32,227 bases of DNA from assembly GCF_004010195.1 (NCBI RefSeq), contig NC_057756.1:6923632-6955858 (forward strand), given 5' to 3'. The notes under the pieces are model-generated. The model saw nothing but the letters and a program-made list of their open reading frames with translations. It did not search any database and was not told where the DNA came from. Positions within the stretch are counted from its first letter, which is position 1; each line of letters begins with the position of its first letter. The DNA is from Chiloscyllium plagiosum. Taxonomy: Eukaryota. The translations under genes were made by a program, and so were the position numbers. Below, one piece after another: positions 1 to 12,467 of the stretch.

Positions 1-506
1 TGTACAGTGTCCTCAATTTTATCCACAAACTCCTGCCATTTTTGCTCTACTGTCTTCTCCGCTAGGCTGTGCTTCCAGTCTATTTTCGTCAGTTCCTCTC
101 TCATGCCCTCATAATTACCTTTATTTAACTGTAACACCATTACATCTGATTTTGCCTTCTCTCTTTCAAACTGCAGACTGAACTCTACCAAATTATGATC
201 GCTGCTTCCTAAATGTTCCCTTACTTTAAGATTTTTTATAAAGTCTGGTTCATTACATAGCACTAGGTCCAGAATAGCCTGCTCCCTTGTGGGCTCCATG
301 ACAAACTGTTCCAAAAAGCCATCCTGTAAGCATTCCATGAATTCCCTTTCTTTGGATCCACTGGCAACATTATTTACCCAGTCCACCTGCATGGTGAAGT
401 CTCCCATGATCACTGCGACCTTGCCTTTCTGACATGTTTTCTCTATTTCCCAGTACATGTTGCGCCCCTGGTCCTGACCACTGTTAGGAGGTCTGTACAT
501 AACTCC
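1..506 (-). mobile_element. CR1 LINE fragment, ORF2 APE endonuclease and linker, runs off left edge
   Basis: Minus-strand translation gives GVMYRPPNS...VIMGDF...DW and LNKGNYEGMREELTKIDW, typical of CR1 APE/linker. Confidence 0.9.
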
Positions 507-630
507 ATTACAAAAGAGAAAGTGCTAGAAAAGCTAAAAGGTCTTAAAATTGATAAATCTCCTGGCCCTGATGAGTTACATCCTAGAGTTCTGAGGGAGG
601 TGGCTGAGGAAATAGCGGAGGCGTTGGTTG
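507..630 (+). mobile_element. CR1 LINE fragment, RT N-terminus, inverted relative to 1-506
   Basis: ITKEKVLEKLKGLKIDKSPGPDELHPRVLREVAEEIAEALV (KSPGPD motif). Confidence 0.9.
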
Positions 631-2099
631 AAAACGCTGGCATAAACAAAAAAAACAGCAACAGTGACTGCGTATCTTTTAGGTAAAGGTTAGTTACACA
701 GCCCTTTGCAAAAGTAAGTGGTTTACAGTATTCCTATTACTTTACTGGGCCGTTCACGAAAAAATGCCTGAGAATGTAAACGCATACACGAGGTGGTGCT
801 TTTGTCTTTCTGTTGCGAGACTGAGTTCCCAGTAAATGTCAAATGCTCTTGCAATCATAGAAGCTGACCTGGACCTTGTTTAATGCTAGGATTTCATACA
901 CAATATTTATGTGACGGTACGGATTTAATCTTTCTCAGTTTAACCTGCAATTTGCAGAATGCAAAGACTGGTTTGTTTAAATAGCAGACTCATCAAAATT
1001 ATCGATTTAAACCAACTCTCCAGTAGAGCACAGCGTTAGATCAGTATGGCATCCCTTGTGTACGGTAAAATCGATTATCTGAAGAATCAATTATCTAAAC
1101 GAAACAGCGCCTGCCCATCTTATTTGGATATGCACGGTTCATCTGTATATCCAGAACAATAAAGCAGGATCTTGACTTAACATTGTGACATTCTCACAGG
1201 AATCACTCTGCAAACTCGGAGAGGATGTTTGTCAGCAACAGAACAGGATCTGCTCACTGACTGCAGCAATGTTTTCCCACACCTACATTTCCCCTCCTCC
1301 CTCTCCCTCTTCTTCTGAAAGCTGCATTAAAAACAGGCAGCCCTCTCAGTCTCACTGTGGGAAAAGACTTGCTAACCCACGATAGGCCCACAAGAGCAAA
1401 ATTGGCCAAACTGTACCAGAACACCCAGAATTCCCGCGCAGCTCACAAGCTGGATCAGACAGCACGCAGATAAGGGAATACACAGTAAGCTCCCATGGAC
1501 ATGACAGAGCACCACAGCTATGTCGAAGCCCCAGGGGCAGTTTCACAACCCAGCAATGCCAAAGCCACACAAAGAGGACAGACACCAGCAAAGGACATGT
1601 TCCAGGAACAGGACAATGGAAGCACCTCACCACTTTAGAAGAGACGTTAACACCTACCTGTGGAGATGAATGCAACCATGATACTGTCAGGATGTTGCAT
1701 CGTGTGAAGGAACAGGACATTCATCCGATTAAAGTGTTTTCCAATTAGCACCCTTGTAACTAAATTACTCCATTTCCAGAAACATTGTAGTTTCCCATTT
1801 CTTAATCAGTGTCATTGTGCAGCATTACAATAAAACTGGTCTTATCCTCAGCTCTGGGAATAGAAATCTAATCGACCTGTGCAGACTGTCAGTTCTGTTT
1901 CAGCCAAGTCAGTTTCTCCTCCAGCGATACTGCTTGCAATAAACTGTTTGTCAACCGATTGGGCAAATTTCTCCGACACTCAACTCAGCAAGACAGGACT
2001 TCCAATTCAACCCACTGATCTATTTCACGCACTGTTTTTACACTGTGCTGACAGCGCAGGCCATTCTGATGTGGGGCGCACTCTCACTTCCAAGTCCAA

Positions 2100-2371
2100 G
2101 CTCACAAAACCACAGGTTTATTCGGAAGTACTAGCTTTCAGAGCATTAGGTAATGAATGGGGCAGGATCAGAAGACACAGAATTTATGGAAAAAGATCAC
2201 AGTGTCACGCAATTAAAACGATATATTGAACAAACCTAGATTGCTGTTAAGTCTTTCATTGTTTAGAGTGGGTTGCAGGTTTCGGTTCATTAATATGTAA
2301 ATCCCAGAAAATATTTTAAGTCACATTCCCAAAATAACTTAAGGTTTTATGAAAAATAGTGACATCTCAGC
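2100..2371 (-). mobile_element. Penelope-like element (family A) 3'UTR/pLTR arm
   Basis: Reverse complement matches 12563-12930 and the PLE 3'UTRs at 16941-17140 and 19900-20200. Confidence 0.8.
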
Positions 2372-2503
2372 TCTCTCTCCCTCACATGCGCGCACACACA
2401 CACGCACACACACACACACGTCTGTGGGCTGAATTTGCATTTGCTGAATTTTATTTGCAGATATAATCTATTTTTGCTCCAAAAACACACATACTTGCAG
2501 GCA
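2372..2503 (+). mobile_element. PLE 3'UTR plus arm with (CA)n, interrupted by CR1, resumes at 12468
   Basis: (CA)n followed by gtgggctgaatttg...ttgctccaaaaac, collinear with 19690-19765; the following aatccatata is at about 12469. Confidence 0.7.
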
Positions 2504-2594
2504 GAAATACAGTCATAGAGTCATAGAGATGTATAGCATGGAAACAGACCCTTCGGTCCAACCCGTCCATGCTGAACAGATATCCCAACCCAAT

Positions 2595-5365
2595 CTAGTC
2601 CCACCTGCCAGCGCCCGGCCCATATCCCTCCAAACCCTTCCTATTCATATACCCATCCAAATGCCTGTTAAATGTTGCAATTGTACTGGCCTACACCACT
2701 TCCTCTAGCCGCTCATTCCATACACATACCACCCTCTGCATGAAAAAAGGTTGCCCCTTAGGATTCTTTTATATCTTTCTCTTCTCACCCTAAACCTATG
2801 CCCTCTACTGCTGGACTCCCCATCCCAGAGAAAAAGCTTTGTCTATTTATCCTATCCTTGCCCTAGATTTTCTAGATCTCTATAAGGTCACCCCTTAGCC
2901 TCCGACGCTCCAGGGAAAACAGCCCTAGCCTATTCAATCTCTCCCTCTCGCTCAAATTCTGCAACCCTGGGAACATCCTTGTAAATCTTTTCTGAACCCT
3001 TTCAGGTTTCACAACATCCTTCGATAGGAAGGAGACCAATATTCCAACAATGGCCTAACCAATGCCCTGTACAGCCACAACATGACCCCCCCAACTCCTG
3101 TACTCAATACTCTGACCAATAAAGGAAAGTATGCCAAACGCCTTCTTCACTATCATATCTACCTGCGACTCCACTTTCAAGGAGCTATGAACCTGCTCTC
3201 CAAAGTCTCTTTGTTAAGCAACACTCCCTAGGACCTTACCATTAAGTATATAAGTCCTGCTAAGATTTGCTTTCCCAAAATGCAGCCTCTCGCATTTATC
3301 TGAATTAAACTCCATCTGCCACTTCTCAGCCCATGGGCCCATTAGGTTCCGATCCTGCTGTAATCTGAGCTAATCTTCGCTGTCCACTACACCTCCAATT
3401 TTGGTGTCATCTGCAAACTTACTAATTGTACCTCTTATGCTCACATCCAAATCATTTATGTAAATGGAAAAACGTAGAGGGCCCAGCACCGATCCTTGTG
3501 GTACTCCACTGTCACAGGCCTCCAGTCTGAAAAACAACCCTCCACCACCACCCTCTGCCTTCTACCGTTGAGCCAGTTCTGCATCCAAATGGCTCATTCT
3601 CTCTGTATTCCATGAAATTTAACCTTGCTAACCAGTCTACCATGGAGAACTTTATCAAACACCTTACTGAAGTCCATATAGATCATGTCTACTGCTCTGC
3701 CCTCATCAATCCTCTTTGTTACTTCCTCAACAAACTCAATCAATTTTGTGAGACATGATTTCCCACGCACAAAGCCATCTTGGCTATCCCTAATCAGTCC
3801 TTGCCTTTCCCAATGCATGTACATCCTGTCCCTCAGGATTCCCTCCAACAACTTACCCACTACCGACCATAGACTCATTGGTCTACAGTTCCCTGGCTTG
3901 TCCTTACCACCCTTCTTAAACAGTGGCACCACGTTTGCCAACCTCCAGTCTTCCGGCCACTCACCTGTGACTATTGATGATACAAATATCTCAGTAAGAG
4001 GCACAGCAATCACTTTCCTAGCTTCCCACAGAGTTCTAGATACAGCTGACAAGGTCCTGTGGATTTATCCACTTTTATGCATTTCAAGATATCCAACTCT
4101 TCCTCCTCTGTATTTTGGACATATTTCAAGGTGTCACTATCTATTTCCCTACATTCTATACCTTCCATGTCCTTTTCCACAGTAAACACTGATGCAAAAT
4201 ATTCGTCTAGTATCTCTCCCATCTCCTGCGGTTCCACACAAAGGCCGCCTTGCTGATCTTTGAGGTGCCTTATTCTCTCTCTAGTTACCATTTTGCCCTT
4301 AATATATTTGTAAAAACCCTTTGGATTCTCCTTAACTCTATTTGCCAAAGCTATCTCATGTCCCCTTTTTGCCTTTTTGATTTCCCTCTTAATAAACTCT
4401 TCTAAGGATTCATTTGATCTATCTTGTCTATACCTGATATATGCTTCCTTCTTTTTCTTAACCAAACCCTCAATTTCTTTAGTCACCCAGCATTCCCTAT
4501 ACCTACCAGCCCTGCCTTTCACCCTAACAGGAATATACTTTCTCTGGATTCTTGTTATCTCATTTCTGAAGGCTTCCCATTTTCCAGCCGTCCCTTTACC
4601 TGCGAACATCTGACCCCAATCAGCTTTTGAAAGTTCTTGCCTAATACTATCAAAATGAGCCTCCCTTCAATTTAGAACTTCAGCTTTTAGATCTGGTCTA
4701 TCCTTTTCCATCACTATTTTAAATCTAATAGAATTATGGCCGCTGGCTCCAAAGTGTTCCCCCACTGAAACCTCAGTCACCTGCCCTGCCTTATTTCCCA
4801 AGAGTAGGTCAAGTTTTGCACCTTCTCTAGTCGGTACATCCATATACTGAATCAGAAAATTGTCTTGTACGCACTTAACAAATTCCTTTCCATCTAAACC
4901 TTTTTACACTATGGCAGTCCCAGTCTATGTTTGAAAAGTTAAAATCCCCTACCATAACCATCCTATTATTCTTACAGATAACCGAGATCTCCTTACAAAT
5001 CTGTTTCTCAATTTCCCTCTGACTATTAGGGGTCTATAATACAAGCCCAATAAGGTGATCATCCCTTTCTGATTTCTCAGTTCCACACCAATAACTTCAC
5101 TGAATGTACTTCCGGGAATATCCTCCCTCAGTACAACTGATATGCTATCCATTATCAAAAATGCCACTCCCCCTCCTCTCTTGCCTCCCTTTCTGTCCAT
5201 CCTGTAGTATTTGTATCCTGGAATATTAAGCTGCCAGTCCTATCCATCCCCAAGCCACATCTCTGTAATTGCTATGATATCCCAGTCCCATGTTCCTAAC
5301 CATGCCCTGAGTTCATCTGCCTTCCCTGTTAGGCCCCTTGCATTGAAATAAATGCAGTTTAATTT
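2595..5365 (-). pseudogene. CR1 ORF2 (APE endonuclease + reverse transcriptase), frameshifted
   Basis: LNCIYFNARG start, RGGGVA, YYRP, WPEDWRLANVVPLFKKG, GFVRGKSC, YMDFSKVFDKV, FADDTK near 3400-3420; several frameshifts. Confidence 0.93.
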
Positions 5366-5495
5366 ATCTATCCTACCTTGTTCTCTGCTTTGTCCCTGTC
5401 TGCCCTGACTGTTTGACTGCTTCTGTTCTCAATTGTACCAGTCTCATATTGATCTCTTTCCTCACTATCTCCCTGGGTCCCCACCCCCCACCTTA

Positions 5496-6422
5496 CTAGT
5501 TTAAATCCTCCCGAACAGTTCTGGCAAATCTCCCTGCCAGTATATTGGTCCCCTTCCAATTTAAGTGCAATCCGTCCTTCTTGTACAGGTCACTTCTACC
5601 CCAAAAGAGATTCCAATGATCCAAAAATGTGAATCCTTCTCCCCTATACCAGCTCCTCAGCTATGCATTCATCTGCTCTATCCTCCTATTACTGCTCTCA
5701 CTAGCTCGTAGCACGGGGAGTAATCCAGATATTACTACACTCAAGGACCTCCTTTTTAAATTTTTGTCTAGCTCTCTGTAATCTCCCTTCAGAATCTCAA
5801 CCTTTTCCCTTCCTATGTCGGTGGTTCTATGTGAACAATGACCTCTTGCTGGCCCCTCTCCCCCATGAGAACATTCTGCACCCTCTCTGAGACATCCTTG
5901 ATCCTGGCAAGCAACACACCATTCTGCTTTTTCGCTGCTGGCCACAGAAACGTCTGTCTGTATCTCGAACTACAGAATCCTCTAACACAATTGATCTCTT
6001 GGAAGCCGACATACCACTCGTTGCATCCGAGCCAGTCTCAATACCAGAAACTTGGCTGTTTGTGTTACGTTCCCCTGAGAATCCATCTCCCCCTACATTT
6101 TCCAAAACAGCATACCTGTTTGAAATGGGTATATCCACAAAAGACTCCTGCACTAGCTGCCTACCTCTCTTACCCTTCCTGGAGTTAACCCATCTATGTG
6201 ACCGTATCTGAGACTTTCCGCCTTCCTATAACTACCATCCATCACATACTGTTGCTGTTGCAATTTCCTCATCGCTTCTAACTGTCTCTCCAACTGATCC
6301 ATTCGATCTGATAAGATTTGCAGCCAGCAGCATTTGTGGGAGATATAATCTGCAGTAACCCTCCAACTCTCTTTAAACTCCCACATCTGACAAGAAGTAC
6401 ATATCTCTCTATTAAAGGCCAG
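5496..6422 (-). pseudogene. CR1 ORF1 (Zn finger, coiled coil, SGNH esterase), disrupted
   Basis: ICTSCQMW...ICHKCCWL, LSDRMDQLERQL, IPISNRY, VLEDSVVR, DGLHLN; start codon is CTG where copy 2 has ATG. Confidence 0.88.
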
Positions 6423-6587
6423 TTATGCTTCTTCCAATCTACAGACCCAGAAAATAGCACTGTCTTATTCCTCGACAAAGCACTGCTCCAGGCTAACTTA
6501 ATTCTTATGGCTTATATTTTTAAGTTTAATCAAGAGACATATCTCAATAAAACATACAATCAAGAAAGAACCCATTCTGAGGGATCT

Positions 6588-6596
6588 AAGATGGCG
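6588..6596 (+). promoter_or_regulatory. YY1-like motif AAGATGGCG at +10 of the L1 5'UTR
   Basis: Matches the YY1 core and sits at a position similar to the human L1 internal-promoter YY1 site; binding is untested. Confidence 0.6.
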
Positions 6597-6762
6597 GTGA
6601 TCTGGGAAGATCGCGCTGCAGAGCTTCGCATCACAGCAGGAGCAGGACGGTCCTTTAACCTGCCCAACCCAGGTCATCAGGATTTCTTGGGGCGTTGGAA
6701 AGATTGTGGAGCCCCAAGAAACATTTAAAAATTGACTTACCTGTATTTTCAGCTGTCCAGAA

Positions 6763-7451
6763 ATGCCTAAAAAGGGAGGAGGAGCATCCGAGGCTGGGTG
6801 TGCAGCTCAGCCTGCAGTAGCCTTGGAGCCGATTACTCTCTAGGATCTGGTGAACCAGCTCTCGAAATCTCGCGAGATGTTGGGGAAACAGATTGAAGAG
6901 AAGCTGGCTCCAATCTCTCTCATGCTGCAGAAGTATGAGCAGCAGCTGGGAGACCTGGTGAAGAGGATGGATGAGGTGGAGCACAGGGTCACAGTGGTGG
7001 AAGCTGGTGCCAGTTCATTCAAGGATGAGATCCAAGCCCTGAAGACGCAGGTTCGTAATTTGAGTGACCAAGTGAATGATCTTGAAAACCGGGGCAGGAG
7101 AAAAAACATTCGGATCATCGGTCTGCCGGAAGGTGAGCGGCCTGCGGAATTTGGTGAGGATTGGTTGCCGAAATTCCTTGACTTGGAGTCTGGCATGAGA
7201 GGATTGAAGATAGAGAGGGCTCATCGGGTTGCAGCGTGGAGATCGGGTCTGGGTCAATGTTTTTTCAGGACTTTTCAGCAGCGGTGATCTAGAAACGAAA
7301 ATCGTATGATGGTGTCAAGAGAAGACTGAAGGAGCTTGGGATTCAGTACTCCCTGAGATATCCGGCAGTGCTTCGGATTACCTTAGATGGGTCCATGCAT
7401 CTCTTTGACACATCGGAGAAGGCAAGAGACTTTGTGGACAAACTAACCTAA
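6763..7451 (+). pseudogene. L1 ORF1p (coiled coil, RRM, CTD; Transposase_22-like)
   Basis: ATG 6763, premature TAG 6841, DLENRGRRKNIRIIGLPEG, IERAHR, internal deletion near 7260, then QDFS...YPAVLRI...DFVDKLT*. Confidence 0.92.
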
Positions 7452-10400
7452 TTTAAACAATTGTAGTATGTATAAATATTGTTGCTTGGGTATGTGTTTA
7501 TCATTCTGTAAAAGAAATGAAGGAAATCTGGTTGGAGCTTTGTTCTTCCCCTTATTTTTCCTCTATTGATAATAATTTGGTTCAAACTATGTCTGACGGT
7601 GGTTAAGATGTACATTTTAAATTTCTAAGTTGGACATACCAATGGATGGGTGGGGTATTTATTCCCCCTTTTTTCTTATAAAAGAATGTTTTTTTATTCA
7701 TATTGATATTTTATGGGGTGTTTATTCTTTTTAGCTTGTGCTTGCGATGTGGCTCTAGCTGGGAGAAGTGAAGGTGGTTGAGATGGTTAGATGCCTATTT
7801 ATGGGCAGTTCGGGAAGAGTAGTTGCCCCTTCCGGGCAGGGGGTGAGTTCCCCTACTCAGCGTTATTGGCGCTTTATATGTTGGTTTGTTTTCTGATTTT
7901 TGTTGTTTTTTATTTTTAATAATATTGTATGTCTGTTAAATATTGTGGTTTTAGTTTATGTAGTTTTAATATTTGGTGGACCATGCGTCACTAAGGTTCA
8001 GCAATTTGTGGTTCGGGTTCCTCCTCTCTGGAATTTAAATGTAATTGCAGAAGATTATGGCTAATGATCTGATTAAATGGTGTACCTGGAATATCAAGGG
8101 AAGTCACTTACCAATTAAGAGGAAGAAGGTACTCTTGAGTCTTAGAAAGGAGAAGGTGGATATTGCTTTGTTACAGGAGAGACATTTGGATGACAAGGAA
8201 CACCTGAAATTACAGCAGAATGGCTTAATACCAGAAGTAGGGGAGTGGCGATATTGGTTAGGAAAAATCTCTCATTTAAATTGTTGGAATGTGTTAAAGA
8301 CACATACGGGAGGTTTGTAATTCTTAAATCCTTGATAAATGGGGAAGAATATGGTGTTTCAAACGTTTATTGTCCCCCAGCTCATCCTCTTAAATTCTTG
8401 GTAGATGCTTTATCTAAACTGATAAGTCTCAAGTCTCGGCACATCATCGTAGGGGGAGATTTTAACTGCCTCATGGACCCCACAGTAAACAGCTTGCCTA
8501 AAGGTCCCTCAATACCCTCTGCACAAACTAAATAATTAGTGGGTCTGTGTGGGGAATTAGGGTTGTGGACATCTGGAGGTGTCTCCACCCTACAGGTAGG
8601 GATTTCATGTTTTTTTCCAATCCGCATAGATGACACATAAGGATTGATTTTTTTTCTGACCCCTGCATAACCCTGGATCTGGTGGCATCCTGTACGATTG
8701 GTAATATTGCTATCTCTGATCATGCTCCAGTGTACCTTATGGTTAAGATTAAGGATGTTACAGTGGATTCAAGGTACTGGCGAATTGACCCCTTTATTCT
8801 CATGGACAGTAAGTTTGTGGAGTATTTCTCTAGGGAATTTCGGGCATTCCTAGACATCAACATAGGCTTGGTTGATAGCTCATCTGTTCTCTGGGAAACT
8901 GCCAAAGCTTATGCCAGGGGGTTAGTTGTTTCATATTCCACCAGTAGGAAGTGGCAGAAGGGTGAGCAGCAACGTCTCCTTGAAGCACGGTTGAAGGCAG
9001 CCGAGAGGGCCTATTTTGACCATCCCTCGTTGGTCAAACTACAGAGGATTATGATACTGCGGTCTACACTAAATTCCGTGCTCACGCAGATGGCAAAGAA
9101 GGAGCTGGCTTTTGCAAAGCAAAGGTTATATGAGCATGGTGACAAGCCAGGCAAATACTTAGCATACCTTGCCAGAAAGAGAAGTGCCCCACAAACCATT
9201 ACAGCGATTAGGGAAGGGTCTGGGAACCTAACATGTGATTCTAAAAAGATTAATGTGGCGTTTCAGAGATTCTACTCTAAGTTATATCAGTCTGAGAATT
9301 GTGAGGAGGGGCAGGCCAAAATGGAATCCTTTTATAGAGATCTGAAGCTCCCGGGGTGTGACTCCCGAACAATATCAGAGCAAGAAGTGCAGCAAGCTGT
9401 GAGGCAGCTTCATAGTGGAAAGGCTCCCGGTCCCAATGGACTTCCTAGTGAATTCTATAAGGAATTTATAAGTATACTGTCAGGCCCGATGCTGAATATG
9501 TTTAATGATTCATACAGTCATGATTGTCTACCACCATCTCTGAGAGAGGCCAATATTTCACTTATCCTTAAAATAGAGAAGGATCCAGAAGACTGTGCTT
9601 CATACAGGCCCATCTCGCTCTTAAATGTGGACTTTAAGATCCTCTCTAAGGCTCTCGCATTAATGCTGGAGACTGTGTTACCCTCTATTATTAAAGAGGA
9701 TCAGACGGGCTTCATAAAGGGTCGCAAATCCTCCAATAATGTTAGGAGGCTGCTTAACGTAATTCAAGAATGCCAACAGCAGTCAATACAGGGATTGGTG
9801 ATTTCTTTAGATGCAGAGAAGGCATTTGACCGAGCTCAGTGGCTGTACCTTTTCTATACTCTAGACCATTTTGGTCTGGGCGAAGTTTTCATAAGATGGG
9901 TAAAGGTTCTCTACAGTGTACCTCTCATGGCGGTCATTACCAACAGGGTACGATCAAGCAATGTTAATATTTCTAGGGGTAGCCGGCAGGGCTGTCCCCT
10001 TTCACCATTACTTTTTACGTTGGTGATTTAACCATTGGCAGAGGCCATTCGTGGGGATCTCAATATATCAGCTCCAGAAGTGAGGTCAAAATTACATAAG
10101 ATCTCACTGTATGCAGACGATGTTTTAATTTTCTTGACAAATCCAGCAGTTTCAGTGCCTTGCCTGATACAATGCATTCATGCATTTGGCACTTTTTCAG
10201 GGTATTAATTTTGCTAAATCAGAGGCTATGCTTATGGGTGGTCTTACGAAAGAGTTAGCTCTTGAGAGTGACTATAGATTCACATTTAGGTGGTCACGGG
10301 GGGTTTTGTGTATTTGGGCATATTCATTACTCCAGTTCTGGATTGGCTGTTCAAAGCCAATTTTACTCAATTATTTGAAAAAATTAATCAGGATCTCCAA

Positions 10401-11504
10401 AGATGGGAGGCACTTCCAGTCTCATGGTTGGGTCGGATAGCATTTATTAAGATGAATATTCTCCCTCGTTTGCTATACCCTATTCTAATGCTCCCCCTGA
10501 TTTTCAATAAACAAACACTCAGGAGACTGAACAGTTGGTTCAGCTCCTTTATCTGGCACCGTAAATGGCCCCTCATTAAATTAGCCAAACTGCAGTTGCC
10601 TCACAGATTGGGGGGTGTAGACCTTCCGGACATTAAAAATGACCAGTTAAGCTCGCTTTTGAACTACGTGAGTGATTGGGTTTGTGGGGACCCTCTTTCA
10701 ATATGGCTAGATATTGAAGTCTCCCAGGCAAGGTGCCCCCTTACCAGTTTGCTGCTTTTGGACAAGGTGAGGACAGTTAGGGAATATTGCCATGAGCCAA
10801 TAGTCATCAATACTGTTGAAGCATGGAGGGCAATTCGGCAGAGGGAAGGTAATGTTGGCAAAATATCTTTGTTTATGCCTTTAGTAGGTATATCGGGTTT
10901 TCAACCGGGTATGATAGATTCAGGATTTAAACGTTGGGCAGCTAGGGGTATATCTTGCATGGGTGATTTATTTGAGGGAGATGTAATTATGTCCTTCGAT
11001 CAGTTAGTACGGAAGTACTAGTTACCTAATACAGACCTCTTTTGTTTCTTTCAAGTTAGGGATTTTATTCAAAAAATAACCACACTTTTGACTGATCCCT
11101 ACAAATCTGACATAAGAAGAGGGGTACTAAGGGCTAAGAGTACACTGTCTGTCAGTACTTTATATCACCAATTGGGGGGTGCCACCTCAGATGAGTCTGA
11201 TGTGGGAGAGAGAGCTGGGTGTTGAAGCTTCTTCAGAGGCATGGGAGGATCTTTGGGAGAATACAAGGAAGATATCAATTTGCAACAGGACTCATGCTTT
11301 ACAGTTGAAGATTCTCCACAGGGTCCACTTAGCTCCAGAATGTTTGTCAAAATTTAAACCAGGGGTTTCTCCAGCATGTCCCAAGTGCAAGGTCTGCAAG
11401 GGCACTCTTACCTATTGTCTTTGGTCTTGTGACAGGCTTCAAACTTATTGGAGCGCTGTGGCAAGTGCAATGGAGAGGATTTTAGGTGTAGGGGAGGAGA
11501 GGGG

Positions 11505-11693
11505 TGAGCTGAGATGCTACCATTTTTATGATGTGGAGATGCCAGTTTTGGACTGGGGTGGACAAAGTTAAAAATCACACGACTACAGGTTATAGTCTAT
11601 TTTTAACCTTTATTTTATAAAACCTTGTTACCTCGTGATTGTGTCTTAAAATATGTTCAGGGATTTACATATTAGTGAACTTAAACCTGCAAC
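11505..11693 (+). repeat. 189-bp direct copy of 12563-12751 inserted in L1 ORF2
   Basis: About 5 mismatches by eye; includes the donor's composite PLE-in-PLE junction. Confidence 0.92.
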
Positions 11694-11763
11694 CTACTTC
11701 TCTCCTTTTGGGCCTACCCATTGTATTTCCTGCAGACTAGCATAAGGCAAAACTTTTCAATAT

Positions 11764-11838
11764 CTGGATTAGTGGTGCTGGAAGAGCACAGCAGTTCAGG
11801 CAGCATCTGAGGAGCAGCAAAATCGATGTTTCGGGCAT
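11764..11838 (-). mobile_element. 75-bp PLE family B pLTR fragment with 15-bp TSD
   Basis: TSD aaaacttttcaatat at 11749-11763 and 11839-11853; insert matches 22238-22296. Confidence 0.88.
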
Positions 11839-12417
11839 AAAACTTTTCAATATTCTTACATTCTGTGCAAGAAAGAATATCTTGCTAGGTTGGATATCAG
11901 AAACCCCCCCAGGCCTGTCGGGGTGGCGGAAGATTGTTATGGAGCATGTTCCCCTGGATTTTCTCACAAATATGGTACACCACAAAACTGAGAATTTTTA
12001 CAAGACATGGCAACCCTTTTTGAAATACCTAGACACAGATTTATCTGCCACACTAACAAGGGCTTTTATATACCCGTAACAATTGTGTTTCATGAGTCCA
12101 ATATCCAAGGAGGAGGAACTGTGAATTATGAGTGTTTTGTTTGGCTGGGCTGAGTTATTACTATTTATTTGTTTGTTGTTAGGTATTTATTTATTTAGTT
12201 AAATAGCTAGTTCAGTTTTTTTTTAAATTTTATACTTCTCTATATATGTTTATACATTTGTATGGGAGGGTGGGTTGGGGTTTTTTTTATTATTTGGGTT
12301 TAGTTTTGTACTATTTTTGTACTGCTTTGAATTGCATTATTTTGTATTTGTTGTAATATTTAAATATCTATTTTTTCTTAATAAAAATATATTATGTAAA
12401 AAAAAAGAACCCACTCT

Positions 12418-12467
12418 ACTCACTACTGCTGACGTTCTGTAAGGCCACATTTAAAAACAATCCATAT
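12418..12467 (-). mobile_element. Remainder of CR1 copy 1 5'UTR
   Basis: Joined to 6578 it reconstitutes the uninterrupted sequence seen at 23030-23110 (reverse complement). Confidence 0.85.

Larger units (their letters stand above)
2510..6578 (-). mobile_element. Near-full-length CR1 LINE, copy 1 (5'UTR continues at 12418-12467 beyond the L1)
   Basis: (ctctatga)n 3' tail at about 2512-2528, ORF2 with APE and RT, ORF1 with esterase; collinear inverted match to 23030-27849. Confidence 0.95.
8057..12079 (+). pseudogene. L1 ORF2p (APE endonuclease, RT, C-terminal Zn knuckle), disrupted
   Basis: TWNIKG, LQE, GGDFN, SDH, KAPGPNG, YRPISLLN, DAEKAFD, RQGCPLSP, YADD at 10110-10121, CPKC...YCLWSC; stops, frameshifts and two insertions. 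Confidence 0.95.
6579..12406 (+). mobile_element. Full-length L1-clade LINE, decayed
   Basis: 5'UTR, ORF1, about 600-bp T-rich spacer, ORF2, AATAAA 12380-12385, A tail 12398-12406, TSD aaagaacccaYtct at 6565-6578 and 12404-12417. Confidence 0.96.

Noticed and set aside
3685..4630. Plus-strand ORFs overlapping CR1, and similar antisense ORFs throughout
   Set aside because: Shadow frames of LINE ORFs with no independent motifs.
8682..10031. 449-aa ORF as a functional RT gene
   Set aside because: Fragment of disrupted L1 ORF2 that stops before YADD.
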